Origin: Candidatus Entotheonellaceae bacterium
Lineage (GTDB): Bacteria; Tectomicrobia; Entotheonellia; Entotheonellales; Entotheonellaceae
NCBI GenBank assembly: GCA_965238075.1
Contig: OZ250173.1
Span: 2,400,001 to 2,464,000, forward strand
Direction of reading: 5' to 3'
Length of the DNA stretch: 64,000 bases
Position numbers and translations under genes: made by a program. A model generated the notes under the pieces. It was not told the origin of the DNA, searched no databases, and worked only from the letters and a program-made list of their open reading frames with translations. This document shows, in pieces, positions 48,927-58,426 of this stretch (the first letter of the stretch is position 1; every line of letters begins with the position of its first letter).

Positions 48927-50027
48927 CTATCTGACGACTTGCACCTTTTCCCGTTCCACCAAAGCCCAGTCGATCTCATACCCCAAGCCCGGCTTCTCGG
49001 GCGCATAGACGTATCCCTGATCATCTACCTCGATGTCCTCCACCAGCGCGAACTTGTTGGCGCCGCTGGACGGGAACACCTCGTAATAGTCGCAGTTGGG
49101 GATGGCCATGGTGACGTGCAGGTTGGCGACGTTGTTGAGCGAATTGCCGCCGTGGTGAATCTCGCACTTCATGCGGAACGCCTCCGCCATGTGGGCGATT
49201 TTGACCAGCGGGGTGATGCCGCCCGTCACCGCCACGTCGCCGCGCAGAATGTCGGTGGCCATTTGCTGCACCCATTGCGCCATGCCGTACAGGCGACCGG
49301 GGGCGTATTCGGTGGACATGATGGGGATGTCCAGTTTGTTGTGCAGCTTGACGTAGTTGTAGATGTCCTCCTCGACGAGCGGATCTTCGTACCAGAAATA
49401 ATTCAGCGCCTCGATGGCGCGGCCCACCCGCATGGCGTCTTCATAGCAGTAGGCCCACATGGAATCCAACATCAACACCATGTCGTCGCCGACGGCGCGA
49501 CGGACTGCCTGGCAGATTTTGATGTCGTTTTGGGGCACGCCGTGGGGGTGAATCTTGTAGGCGGGCCATCCCAGAGACTGAAAGTGGCAGGCCTCCTCGC
49601 CGTAGGCTTCGGGGGTCGGCAGCCAGCCCGAGCTGGCATAGGCCGGCACGCGGTCGCGGCAGGTTCCCAACAGGCGGTGGATGGGCAGACCGGCCACCTT
49701 GCCGGCGATGTCCCACAGGGCAACGTCCACCGCGCCGATGGAATTGGTGGACACGGAGCGGTTCATCTTCCACATGCGCTGCCAGATGGCGCCGCTGTCC
49801 AGGGGATTGGCGCCCACGATGGCCGGCTTGATGAATTCCATCAGCGGCCCCGCGTGCGCGTCGGCACCCTGCCGCGAGGAGCCGAGAAAGGCATGCCCCT
49901 CCACGCCCTCGTCGGTATGTACCGTCAACACGCCCAAAAGCCTGGTGCCCCCGAAAGAGCCGCTTCCCGTCCGCCACTGGGGACTGTTCCAGTTAAACAT
50001 GGTGACGCTTACATCGGTAATCTTCAC
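48927..50027 (-). CDS. Mandelate racemase/muconate lactonizing enzyme family protein
   Basis: VDVALWDIAGK, YKIH, LMLD, WYEDP, GGIT, PEKPGLG. Confidence 0.92.
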   Translation of the reverse strand: MKITDVSVTMFNWNSPQWRTGSGSFGGTRLLGVLTVHTDEGVEGHAFLGSSRQGADAHAGPLMEFIKPAIVGANPLDSGAIWQRMWKMNRSVSTNSIGAVDVALWDIAGKVAGLPIHRLLGTCRDRVPAYASSGWLPTPEAYGEEACHFQSLGWPAYKIHPHGVPQNDIKICQAVRRAVGDDMVLMLDSMWAYCYEDAMRVGRAIEALNYFWYEDPLVEEDIYNYVKLHNKLDIPIMSTEYAPGRLYGMAQWVQQMATDILRGDVAVTGGITPLVKIAHMAEAFRMKCEIHHGGNSLNNVANLHVTMAIPNCDYYEVFPSSGANKFALVEDIEVDDQGYVYAPEKPGLGYEIDWALVEREKVQVVR

Positions 50028-50158
50028 GCCTCGCCTCCTTGTGACGCACGGTTCGCATCCGTGCCTGAAATAAGGGCCTTGAGAAGTGCGGACATCATAG
50101 CCGAAGGGTCCGCCGCTTGCCAGACGGCGGCCTTGCCCGGCGCCAGCGAAAGGCAGCC

Positions 50159-51130
50159 ATGATGGATCAACCGGAGGCCCCTGTTTCTCCCATTCGCGTC
50201 GGCGTTTCCGCCTGCCTGCTGGGGCAGCGGGTGCGCTACGACGGCGGCCACAAGGCCGACCCTTTCATTATCGACACGCTGGGGCGGTATTTCTGCTGGG
50301 TGCCCGTCTGCCCGGAGATGGAGGTCGGCCTCGGCACGCCGCGGGAGCCGATGCGCCTGCAGGGCGACGTGACGGCGCCGAAACTGGTCGCCACGGTGTC
50401 GGGACATGATCTCACGGCGCGCATGCAACGTTTTGCAACGCAACGTTTGTCCCAACTCACCGAACTGGGGCTGCACGGCTACATCCTGAAGAAGAATTCG
50501 CCGTCGTGTGGCATGAGGGGGGTAAGGGTGTACGGCTCGTCGGGAAGGCCACGACGCAGCGGGCGGGGCGTGTTCGCCCAGGCTCTGATGGCGCGTTGGC
50601 CGTTACTGCCTGTGGAGGAGGAAGGCCGCTTGCAGGACCCGGGACTGCGGGAGCATTTCATCGAGCGAGTGTATGCCTGCCATCGCTGGCGTCGGTTTTT
50701 GGCGTCGAATCCGGCGCCGCAGGACATGGTGCAGTTCCACGCGCGGAATAAGCTGTCGCTGATGGCGCACAGCCGGTCGCATTATCAAACGCTCGGACGC
50801 ATGGTGGCGCGGTGCGGCGAGGGGCTGGGCGAGGAATTTCTGGACGCTTACGGCGATCTGTTCATGGCTGGGTTGAAGGTCAGGGCGACCCGCAGGAAGC
50901 ACGCCAACGTTCTGTCCCACGTCCAGGGGTATCTCAAGCAGCACCTCAGCAAGCCCGAAAAAGCTGCCTTGACGGCGTGCATCGATGATTACCGGCGGGG
51001 GCTCGTGCCGCTGACCGCACCGCTGGACTTGTTGCGCGATCACGTCCGCCGCCACCCGTGTCCCTACGTGGAAGCGCAGACCTACCTGAATCCTTATCCC
51101 GACGACCTGATGCGGTTGCTGCACGCCTGA
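50159..51130 (+). CDS. DUF523-DUF1722 (YbgA-like) protein
   Basis: VSACLLG..VRYDGGH, CPE, LKKNSPSCG, EEEGRL, NVLSHVQGY, QTYLNPYP. Confidence 0.9.
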   Translation: MMDQPEAPVSPIRVGVSACLLGQRVRYDGGHKADPFIIDTLGRYFCWVPVCPEMEVGLGTPREPMRLQGDVTAPKLVATVSGHDLTARMQRFATQRLSQLTELGLHGYILKKNSPSCGMRGVRVYGSSGRPRRSGRGVFAQALMARWPLLPVEEEGRLQDPGLREHFIERVYACHRWRRFLASNPAPQDMVQFHARNKLSLMAHSRSHYQTLGRMVARCGEGLGEEFLDAYGDLFMAGLKVRATRRKHANVLSHVQGYLKQHLSKPEKAALTACIDDYRRGLVPLTAPLDLLRDHVRRHPCPYVEAQTYLNPYPDDLMRLLHA

Positions 51131-52018
51131 TCAGAGAAAAGACCCGTGGGCGATCATCTTCACCCCACCGCCGACCGATACGGTGATGCCGTCGGCGTCA
51201 TCGCTCGCCTTCAGGTAAAGCAGGGAAGGACGGCCCACGGCGTGGCCCTGCTCGACACGAATGTCGATGCGGTCCGAACTGAAATAACGGTGGCGCGTCA
51301 GATACGCCGCCAGACAGCCGTTGGCGCTCCCGGTGGCCGGGTCCTCCGGCACCCCATAATAGTCCGCAAACACCCGCACGCTGAGATCGTTGCGGCGTTG
51401 ATGCGTTTCGGGGCTGAAGACCAGCAGCGCCTTGGCCTGCTCGTCCGCCAGCAGGGCCAGGCAGCGGTCTCGGTCCACCTTGACCTGTTTCAGGGCCGCC
51501 AGGTTCTGCAGCGGCACCACGACGAACGGCAGGCCGGTGGACACCTCCTGCGCCGGGAAGCGCGTATCCAGCGCCGCAACGTCGAGACCGAGCACCGGCG
51601 CCAGGGACTCGGGGGCGAACGTTGCGCCAAACACCGGCGCCGGCTGCCGCATCCACAGGATGTCCGGGTCGTCGATCAGATACGTAAAAGTGACCGGAAT
51701 CGGGCCGACCGGCAGATTCAGGGTGACGGTGTCCACGGGCGTCTTGACAATCTCCTGTTGAATCACGAACGCCGTGCCCAGCGTTGGGTGGCCGGCAAAA
51801 GGGACCTCCGCCTCCGGGGTGAAAATGCGCACGTCGTAACCGCCGTCGCGCGGCTCGCGGGACAGCAGAAAGGTGCTCTCGGAGAAGTGCATTTCCTTGG
51901 CGAGCCGCTGCATGTCCGCACCGGAAAGCGCAGCGGCCTCGGTGAACACCGCAAGCTGGTTGCCGGCGTATTTCTCCTCCGCGAATACGTCCACGATGAA
52001 GAACGGGATGGTTGGCAT
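51131..52018 (-). CDS. PhzF-family isomerase
   Basis: VDVF..GNQLAV, SESTF, RIFTP..EVPFAGHPT, EDPATGSANG. Confidence 0.92.
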   Translation of the reverse strand: MPTIPFFIVDVFAEEKYAGNQLAVFTEAAALSGADMQRLAKEMHFSESTFLLSREPRDGGYDVRIFTPEAEVPFAGHPTLGTAFVIQQEIVKTPVDTVTLNLPVGPIPVTFTYLIDDPDILWMRQPAPVFGATFAPESLAPVLGLDVAALDTRFPAQEVSTGLPFVVVPLQNLAALKQVKVDRDRCLALLADEQAKALLVFSPETHQRRNDLSVRVFADYYGVPEDPATGSANGCLAAYLTRHRYFSSDRIDIRVEQGHAVGRPSLLYLKASDDADGITVSVGGGVKMIAHGSFL

Positions 52019-52068
52019 GTGTGGAACTCCCGGAGAACCAGCAGTCGAAAGGTTCGGTGCTGGTTCTA

Positions 52069-52461
52069 TCATCTGTGCAAAGGAAGCACGAGGTGCATAT
52101 TGAGGCTAGGTAAGTATACATATGGAGGGTACACATAGGGCGTGTGGTGATGCCAGGGCCGATGATGGCGGCGGGACCTGTGACCACGCACGTGGTGCTC
52201 ATTCCGGCGAGGGCCTTGCCGGTGATGTCTACGTCTATCAGGCCCGGCCCAATGACGTCGGTGCCCTTGATGTCTACGCCAGCGAGGGCCGCGTCCATGG
52301 TGTCCGTGCCGCTGATGCCCACGCCAGTGCGGTCCGTGTCCATGATGCACGTGCCTGTATTGTGCGGCCTGTTTTCGCGGGCTTGCGGGTGCCGTCATGG
52401 GTATCGTGAGGAGGAACGCCAGGCAGGCAATGACCAGTCCGTAGAGTCGTTTCCGTGACAT
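52069..52461 (-). CDS. Secreted His/Arg/Gly-rich low-complexity protein
   Basis: AAGGAG RBS; signal peptide ending APA; 24 His in 130 aa; YVYPPYVYLP tail. Confidence 0.7.
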   Translation of the reverse strand: MSRKRLYGLVIACLAFLLTIPMTAPASPRKQAAQYRHVHHGHGPHWRGHQRHGHHGRGPRWRRHQGHRRHWAGPDRRRHHRQGPRRNEHHVRGHRSRRHHRPWHHHTPYVYPPYVYLPSLNMHLVLPLHR

Positions 52462-52506
52462 GTCTGTCTCCTTCTTGGATGATGAGGCCGAGCGGCTTGG
52501 CTGCCG

Positions 52507-52533
52507 TGTCTGAAAAGGGAGTTCCCCACGTCA
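52507..52533 (-). promoter_or_regulatory. Candidate ECF promoter of the His-rich gene
   Basis: TGACG-N18-GACA on the minus strand. Confidence 0.55.
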
Positions 52534-52611
52534 CAAGAGGCGTCGCTGAAAACCTGGAGAATTTTTTTCTTCAATAAAAATAGCCGGTTAGAGCATTATA
52601 TTTTTTCTCTA

Positions 52612-52638
52612 TGACGTTTCTGGATATCTCGGGGGACT
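52612..52638 (+). promoter_or_regulatory. Candidate autoregulatory ECF promoter (near-leaderless transcript)
   Basis: TGACG-N18-GACT, ending 7 nt before the sigma ATG. Confidence 0.55.
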
Positions 52639-52645
52639 ACGTCGT

Positions 52646-53215
52646 ATGGATTGGAACGCGCAGCAGGCTTGTGATAGCGACGTGCGGCGCGCCATGGCAT
52701 CCGGAGCATTTCATCAAGCCCTGGAAACACTCGTGCAAGGGTATCAGCGAGCGGTTGTTGGCTTCTGCGTCAACATGGTCGGCGACATCCACCACGGTGA
52801 GGATATCGCGCAGGATGTGTTTCTGGCTGTGTACAAAGCCATGCCTCGCTTCCGTCAGCAGGCTTCTGTTCGTACCTGGCTATTTGCCATTGCGCGTCGC
52901 CAGTGTCTCAAGGCCATGCGAGATCGACGCCGCCGAAACCGTCTGGCACAGGAACGACAAGAAACGATCGCTGCGACGGCGCACCGCAACGTTCCGGAAA
53001 CGCCCGAGGATGATCCGGAACGGCAACTCCAGCTTGTCAAGCAGGGACTCGCACGCCTCGGCAAACACGAGCGGGCTCTCCTCCTGATGCGTTATGATAC
53101 CGGACTCCTGCTTACCGACGTGGCCCATATTCTCGGGATATCCGAGGCGAGCGTACGGCGGCGCCTGGCACGGGCGCTGCAACATTTGCGGGAGGTCATG
53201 AACGATGCGGCATGA
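52646..53215 (+). CDS. ECF sigma factor
   Basis: Region 2 EDIAQDVFL..F...SVRTWLFAIARR; region 4 DVAHILGISEASVRRRLARA. Confidence 0.92.
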   Translation: MDWNAQQACDSDVRRAMASGAFHQALETLVQGYQRAVVGFCVNMVGDIHHGEDIAQDVFLAVYKAMPRFRQQASVRTWLFAIARRQCLKAMRDRRRRNRLAQERQETIAATAHRNVPETPEDDPERQLQLVKQGLARLGKHERALLLMRYDTGLLLTDVAHILGISEASVRRRLARALQHLREVMNDAA

Positions 53216-53957
53216 TGAATTTGAGCAGCATGAGCGGGCGGCCCGCGACGTCATACACGCCATAGGCCGCGCATCGGATGACATCCAGGTGCCGCCCCAT
53301 TTTGCGGCACAGGTGATGGCCAAGGCGAAGTCCTTGTCGTCTCGTTCCGTCTATTTCCATTGGCGCAGCGTGGCGTTGACCTGGATGTCGTCCAGGCGGT
53401 TCAGAGTCGCCATGGCGCTGGTCTTCGTCCTCGCTCTGAGCGGTGCGATCCCGCAGTATGCCACGTGGTTCAGGGCCTTTACCGCCGGAGTTCCCTCGAC
53501 GGCGCTGCACACGGCGCTTGAGCAGGAACGGTTGTGGGAAAAGAACTTCACTTGCGCCACCAAACTCGACCAGAATTCCAAGGATTACGCGGCCATCACG
53601 GGTGACAACGTGCACGTCGTGGTATGGGCCTGTCCTTCGGGCGACGTGCTCATCACCACGGAGTCGCCGCAGGAAACCGCCTCACCACGCAGCGTCTGGG
53701 TACCGCTGGCCCCTTCGCCGAGCGGGGCAAGTCCCTGGCCGCCGCTGGTTCGGCAGGCCCTTGCCGCTGCCCAGCGCTCGCCCGCAGGCTGGCGGGTGGC
53801 CCGTATCACCCAGGTTCTGTGTCAGAAATGGCTTAGCAACAAACGCATCTTGCGCCGGGTCAGACTCACGGATGGTAGTTGCCGGGACGAGGTCATCAAC
53901 ACGCGAACAGGCAGGGTGGTGCGAAGTCGTCCGGCGCCTTGCAACCCGCAGTGCTAG
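53205..53957 (+). CDS. Putative single-TM anti-sigma factor with Cys-rich extracytoplasmic domain
   Basis: Overlaps the sigma gene; VPPHFAAQVM motif, one TM segment, six Cys after the TM. Confidence 0.7.
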   Translation: MRHDEFEQHERAARDVIHAIGRASDDIQVPPHFAAQVMAKAKSLSSRSVYFHWRSVALTWMSSRRFRVAMALVFVLALSGAIPQYATWFRAFTAGVPSTALHTALEQERLWEKNFTCATKLDQNSKDYAAITGDNVHVVVWACPSGDVLITTESPQETASPRSVWVPLAPSPSGASPWPPLVRQALAAAQRSPAGWRVARITQVLCQKWLSNKRILRRVRLTDGSCRDEVINTRTGRVVRSRPAPCNPQC

Positions 53958-54013
53958 GCGCTGGTAGCGCGAGCGCCTGACCGCCGTTTTCTTTGTCAAA
54001 GACGGGAGCACGT

Positions 54014-54898
54014 ATGGAGTCAGCAGAACGACAGCAGCGCATTCTCGGTGAGACCGACGCCGCGGCTTGGGTGGAGAGCGGCATGACGATTGCCGTCGGC
54101 TCGCCACCTCCCATGGCGCTGGTGCGGCAACTCATCCGGCGTGGCGTCAGCGACCTCACGGTCATCGACAGCGGCCTGTCGCTCGACTTGCTCATCGCCG
54201 GCGGCTGTGTCCGCAAAGCGGTGAGCTATTACGCGGGCGGCGGATTCGGCGTGGCGGTGGCGCCGTCGTTTCGGCGCGCCGTGGAGCAGGGCGAGATCGA
54301 GGTGTGGGAATGCGAAGAGGGCATCCTGGCAACGGCCCTTCAGGCCGCCGCGCAGGCGCTGCCGTTCCTGCCCTGGCGCGGCGGCGTGGGCACATCGATG
54401 CCGCAGGTCAATCCCGACCTGAAGCTCATGACCGACCCCATCGGCGGCGAAACCCTGATCGCTGTGCCGCCGGTCAAGCCCGACGTCACCCTGTTGCACG
54501 CCGCCACCGCCGACCCGTACGGCAACGTGCAGCACATCGGCGGACCGGGCTGGCTCGACCTGTTTCTGCACCGCGCCGCCGACCGTACGATTGTGCAGGT
54601 GGAGCGCATCATCGCCAACGAGGACACCCGCGCCAATCCGTGGGCCACCACCATCCCGAGCGCCGACGCCGTCGTTCGCGCTCCCTACGGCGCGCATCCC
54701 TATTACAGCCGCGGCTTCTACGTGCAGGACCAAGCCCATCTGCAAGCCTACGTAGCGGCTGCCAACGCGGCGGCGCGCGACAACCGCCCCGACGACCTGG
54801 TGCACTATCTGGCCACCTACTGCCGCGCGCCGACAACCCACGCCGACTACCTGGAACGCGTCGGCATCAAGCGCCTACTCTCCCTGTATGAGTACTGA
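54014..54898 (+). CDS. CoA-transferase subunit A (GctA-like)
   Basis: PMALVRQLIR, DLLIAGG, PFLP, PDVTLLHA..AD.YGN. Confidence 0.88.
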   Translation: MESAERQQRILGETDAAAWVESGMTIAVGSPPPMALVRQLIRRGVSDLTVIDSGLSLDLLIAGGCVRKAVSYYAGGGFGVAVAPSFRRAVEQGEIEVWECEEGILATALQAAAQALPFLPWRGGVGTSMPQVNPDLKLMTDPIGGETLIAVPPVKPDVTLLHAATADPYGNVQHIGGPGWLDLFLHRAADRTIVQVERIIANEDTRANPWATTIPSADAVVRAPYGAHPYYSRGFYVQDQAHLQAYVAAANAAARDNRPDDLVHYLATYCRAPTTHADYLERVGIKRLLSLYEY

Positions 54899-54912
54899 AA
54901 CGTGAGGAAGCC

Positions 54913-55716
54913 ATGTCACAAGACTATACGCCGCAAGAGCTGATGGCTGTGTTTCTGGCGCGCGATTTGCGCGACGGCGAGGTGTTGCGCGTGGGGGTGG
55001 CGATGCCGGTGGTGGAGGCCGCGGTGCGTCTGGCGCACGTGATGCACGGGCCGAACATGGAGTTGATCTTTCTCGGCACGCGCATGAACGTGGCGCATTT
55101 GCACAACCTGCCGATGCCGGCTTTCGGCTGGGACCGCCGCGTGGTGCGCTGGGCGGAATCCTACAGCGATACGGGGCATCGCTTCGACAGGGTAAAGGAC
55201 TGGCACAGCCACGTGTTCTTCATCGGCGGGGTTCAGGTGGATCGGTTTGGCAACAGCAATCTGATCGGCGTCGGCCCGGACTATCGACGGCTGCGGTTTC
55301 GCGGGCCGGGACCGGTAGGCACGGCGACGCTGACGACACACGTCGGGCGTTACTACATCGTGCTCAATTCCCATACGCCGCGCACGCTGGTGGAGCGTTG
55401 CGATTACGTCAGCGCCTTCGGATGGGGGACGGGCGGCGCGGATGCGCGCCGGCAACTCGGCCTGCCGGGCGGCGGCCCGAAGTACTGCGTGACGCCGTTG
55501 TGCGTGATGGATTTCGCCGAGGACGACAAGCACATGCGCTTGCACACCTTGCATCCCGGTGTTTCGCAGGCCGACGTGCAGGCCCGGACCGGCTTTGATC
55601 TCACGACGCCGGAACCCGTTCCCGCCACTCCGCAGCCCACGCTAGAGGAACTGCACGTGCTGCGCACACGGGTCGACCTCGCCGGCCTGTTGCGCCGCTC
55701 AACCAAGGGAGAGTGA
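54913..55716 (+). CDS. CoA-transferase subunit B (GctB-like)
   Basis: GGVQVDRFGNSN, RGPG, VTPLCVMDF, LHPGV, TGFDL. Confidence 0.88.
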   Translation: MSQDYTPQELMAVFLARDLRDGEVLRVGVAMPVVEAAVRLAHVMHGPNMELIFLGTRMNVAHLHNLPMPAFGWDRRVVRWAESYSDTGHRFDRVKDWHSHVFFIGGVQVDRFGNSNLIGVGPDYRRLRFRGPGPVGTATLTTHVGRYYIVLNSHTPRTLVERCDYVSAFGWGTGGADARRQLGLPGGGPKYCVTPLCVMDFAEDDKHMRLHTLHPGVSQADVQARTGFDLTTPEPVPATPQPTLEELHVLRTRVDLAGLLRRSTKGE

Positions 55717-55717
55717 C

Positions 55718-56101
55718 ATGGCGGAAGAATTTGTCCGTAGGGAGCAGTTCGAGGAATACACAGTTCGCATGGATGAGCGCTTCTTGAGTGTCGAGAAACG
55801 TATGGAACAGGGCTTTGCCCACGCTGAGAAAGCGCGAGAGCAGAATGTTGTTCACCTCAATCAGCGTTTCGACGATCTGAAGGAGCACTTCAATCAACGC
55901 TTCGATGATCTGAAGGAGAGCTTCAACCAGCGCTTCGATGGTCTGAAGGAGAGCATTGATCAGCGCTTTGACAGCGTTAACCAGCGTATTGATGATCTGC
56001 GGGCAGACATTCGCAGTCTGCGAACGTTGATTTTGGGACTGCACACCCCTGTTGTCCTTGCCATTTTGGGGGCGGCGGTGAAGTACCTGTTTTTTCAGTA
56101 G
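55718..56101 (+). CDS. Small coiled-coil protein with C-terminal TM anchor
   Basis: 11-aa repeats (F/L)NQRFDDLKE; hydrophobic C-terminus; GGAGA RBS. Confidence 0.8.
   Translation: MAEEFVRREQFEEYTVRMDERFLSVEKRMEQGFAHAEKAREQNVVHLNQRFDDLKEHFNQRFDDLKESFNQRFDGLKESIDQRFDSVNQRIDDLRADIRSLRTLILGLHTPVVLAILGAAVKYLFFQ
55858..55998 (+). repeat. 33-bp imperfect tandem repeat, three units plus a partial unit
   Basis: caatcagcgtttcgacgatctgaaggagcactt / caatcaacgcttcgatgatctgaaggagagctt / caaccagcgcttcgatggtctgaaggagagcat. Confidence 0.9.
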
Positions 56102-56158
56102 CCGCCGTAGACCATCCGCCGCTGACGTTCTCCTCAGTTCACATGGTCCGACGTGCCT

Positions 56159-57028
56159 TCAAGCCACCGGCTGCAAGCCGAAATCGTAGGTCACCAGGGC
56201 ATATCCCTCCGTCACCCCGTACGCCGTCGCCTCTTTGGCGGATTCGATGCGCCGGAAATCAACGAGCAGCGGTTCCCTGACGCCAAACACCGCGTCGGCG
56301 TCGATGTGGGCGTCGTCCGCGACGAACAGCTCGGTGACCAGTGGCTGATACCCCGCCGCGCTGATCCTGAAATGGATGTGCGCGGGCCGCCAGGCGTGCC
56401 GCCCGAGAGCCTGCAGCATCGTGCCGACGGGGCCGTCGTACGGCACCGTGTAGGCAATCGGCTTGATGGTGGTGAAGCGGTAACGCCCCTCGTCGTCGGT
56501 GAGCATTTTGCCGCGCAGATTACCGGGTGCGTGCTCCGGGTCCTCGCTCTCATACAGCCCGTTGGCGGCGTTCTGCCAGATTTCCAGGCAAGCGCCGGCA
56601 ATGGGCGCGCCCTGCGGCGTGGTCACACGCCCCGCCACCACCACCGGCTCACCGTCGTTGTCCCCGATGAGGTCACCCCCGACCTCAAGGGGTTGCATGC
56701 GTTCTCCATTGATGTAGAACGGCCCCAGCAGGCTCGAGGTCGTGGCGCCGCCGCCGGCGCGGTTGTGCGACAGATCGACCAGTGCCGAAATCCCCAGCGT
56801 GTCCGAAGCCAGGATGAACTCGTTGCGGTCGGTCTTGGTGGCCTCCCCCACGCGTGCCAGGAACTCTATGGCCGCCATCCACTCGTCCGGCGTCAGCTCC
56901 ACCTCGCGCGCGAAGGCGTGCAGGTGGCTGATCAGGCTCGTGGTAATCTGCCTGAGGCGCGGCTCGGTGGTGTCGGCGATCGTCTGTAACACCGCCTCGG
57001 TGATCGTATCTGCAGTGACGTTGCGCAT
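56159..57028 (-). CDS. Intradiol ring-cleavage dioxygenase (hydroxyquinol/catechol 1,2-type)
   Basis: EFILASDTLG, LGPFY, WQNAANGLY, Y.VP.DGPVG, WRPAHIHF. Confidence 0.92.
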   Translation of the reverse strand: MRNVTADTITEAVLQTIADTTEPRLRQITTSLISHLHAFAREVELTPDEWMAAIEFLARVGEATKTDRNEFILASDTLGISALVDLSHNRAGGGATTSSLLGPFYINGERMQPLEVGGDLIGDNDGEPVVVAGRVTTPQGAPIAGACLEIWQNAANGLYESEDPEHAPGNLRGKMLTDDEGRYRFTTIKPIAYTVPYDGPVGTMLQALGRHAWRPAHIHFRISAAGYQPLVTELFVADDAHIDADAVFGVREPLLVDFRRIESAKEATAYGVTEGYALVTYDFGLQPVA

Positions 57029-57042
57029 GCCTGCGGTCCTCC

Positions 57043-57330
57043 CTATCCCTGGGTCTCGCCGTGCTCGTGCAGCCAGCCGTCGCCCTCGGCCTGGTCCAGC
57101 GTGGCGAGGATTTTGTGGGCCAGTTGCCGTGCTGATTCCGGCGTCAACTCGACCGCCACACGGGCGCCCGGCCCCGCCGCCTCGTTGACGAAATCGATAT
57201 TGAGCGCGTGCTCCAACCGGATATGAAACGGGTGATCGTAGGTGACATTGGCGGCGCTCAGCTCGAACCAGCCCCCGGTGCCTTTGCCGCTGCCGAAAAT
57301 CCTCGCCTGATGGGAAATCATCGTACACAT
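57043..57330 (-). CDS. Conserved small protein (DUF6295-like)
   Basis: MCTMI, GSGKG..GWF, YDHPFH, EHALNIDF, RVAVEL. Confidence 0.75.
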   Translation of the reverse strand: MCTMISHQARIFGSGKGTGGWFELSAANVTYDHPFHIRLEHALNIDFVNEAAGPGARVAVELTPESARQLAHKILATLDQAEGDGWLHEHGETQG

Positions 57331-57352
57331 CGTTGCGCTCCTTGCCGGGTGC

Positions 57353-58111
57353 CTACGTGCTGAGGTGGGTTGCGAGAAAGGTGAAGACCTTCTGCCAGCC
57401 GTCGACCGCCTGCTCCTGCCGATAGGCGGGCCGGTCGTAGTAGAAGAAGCCGTGGCCGGCGCCGGCGTAGCGGTGAAACTCGTATGCTTTGCCGTGTGCC
57501 TTCAGCGCTGCCTCGTGCTCGTCCACCTGCGCCAGTGTGGGCGCCTGATCTTCCTCGCCGAACAGGCCGAGAAGCGGACACATCAAGTCTTTCGTATAGT
57601 CGATCGGCGCCACCGGCTGCTTGGCCGTCAACTCTTCCTGACCCATGACCACACGGCCGCCCCAGCAGTCGATGGCGGCGTCGAAGCCCGCTACTCGGCT
57701 GGCCACCAGCACCGTCTGGCGTCCGCCCGAACAGGTGCCGAAGACGCCAACCTTGCCGTTGCACGTGGGCAGCGAGCGCAGGTACTGCATGGCGCCCCCA
57801 ACGTCGCCCATGGCCTGCTCGTCTGCTACGCCCCCGGCGGCGCGCACCTTGGCCGCCACGTCTTCCGGGCTGCCGTGTCCTTCGCGGGAGTAGAGGTTGG
57901 GGGACAGCGCCAGATAGCCGTGGTGGGCGAATTTGCGGGTCGCCTCCCGGTACCACTCGTCCCAGCCGGGTAAGTGATGGATCAGCACGATGCCGGGGAA
58001 CGGTCCAGCTCCCAGCGGTCGGGCGAAGTAGGCGTTGATGACGTCCCCGTTGGCCCCGTGCATGGTGATGGTTTCCGCCACCATGCCCTCGTACATGTCT
58101 GTCTGATACAT
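57353..58111 (-). CDS. Dienelactone hydrolase family protein
   Basis: GTCSGG nucleophile elbow, GEEDQ, AGHGFF. Confidence 0.9.
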   Translation of the reverse strand: MYQTDMYEGMVAETITMHGANGDVINAYFARPLGAGPFPGIVLIHHLPGWDEWYREATRKFAHHGYLALSPNLYSREGHGSPEDVAAKVRAAGGVADEQAMGDVGGAMQYLRSLPTCNGKVGVFGTCSGGRQTVLVASRVAGFDAAIDCWGGRVVMGQEELTAKQPVAPIDYTKDLMCPLLGLFGEEDQAPTLAQVDEHEAALKAHGKAYEFHRYAGAGHGFFYYDRPAYRQEQAVDGWQKVFTFLATHLST

Positions 58112-58246
58112 AAAGGCACCTCCTGCGTGAGCGCGCTTTCGGATGGGGTAAAGAGGCGGGTACCTTGTCACAAATCACCCCTGGAAGCAAAGCCGGAATG
58201 GCGCCCCGATCCGCTCCCGCGGCCGCCGGGTGAGGGAATTGCTGCT

Positions 58247-58284
58247 CCCTCTCCCCCGGCGGGAGAAGGTTGGGGCGAGGGGGG
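58247..58284. repeat. GC-rich intergenic palindromic element
   Basis: ccctctccc-ccggc-gggagaagg-ttggggcgagggggg. Confidence 0.55.
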
Positions 58285-58426
58285 GAAATCTGGGGTGAGA
58301 CACGACCGGTTGACGGCATGACTTTCAGGGGCTTATCCAGTATAGTCAGCCGCGCACGCCAGCGAGCCGCCAGCGTGTCTATCGTTCAATAAAGACGCCG
58401 ATTACTTGTGAGCTAGGAGAGCCGGT

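Noticed and set aside
55858-55998. 33-bp repeats as a CRISPR array
   Set aside because: Tandem with no spacers; variation is mostly synonymous within a coding frame.
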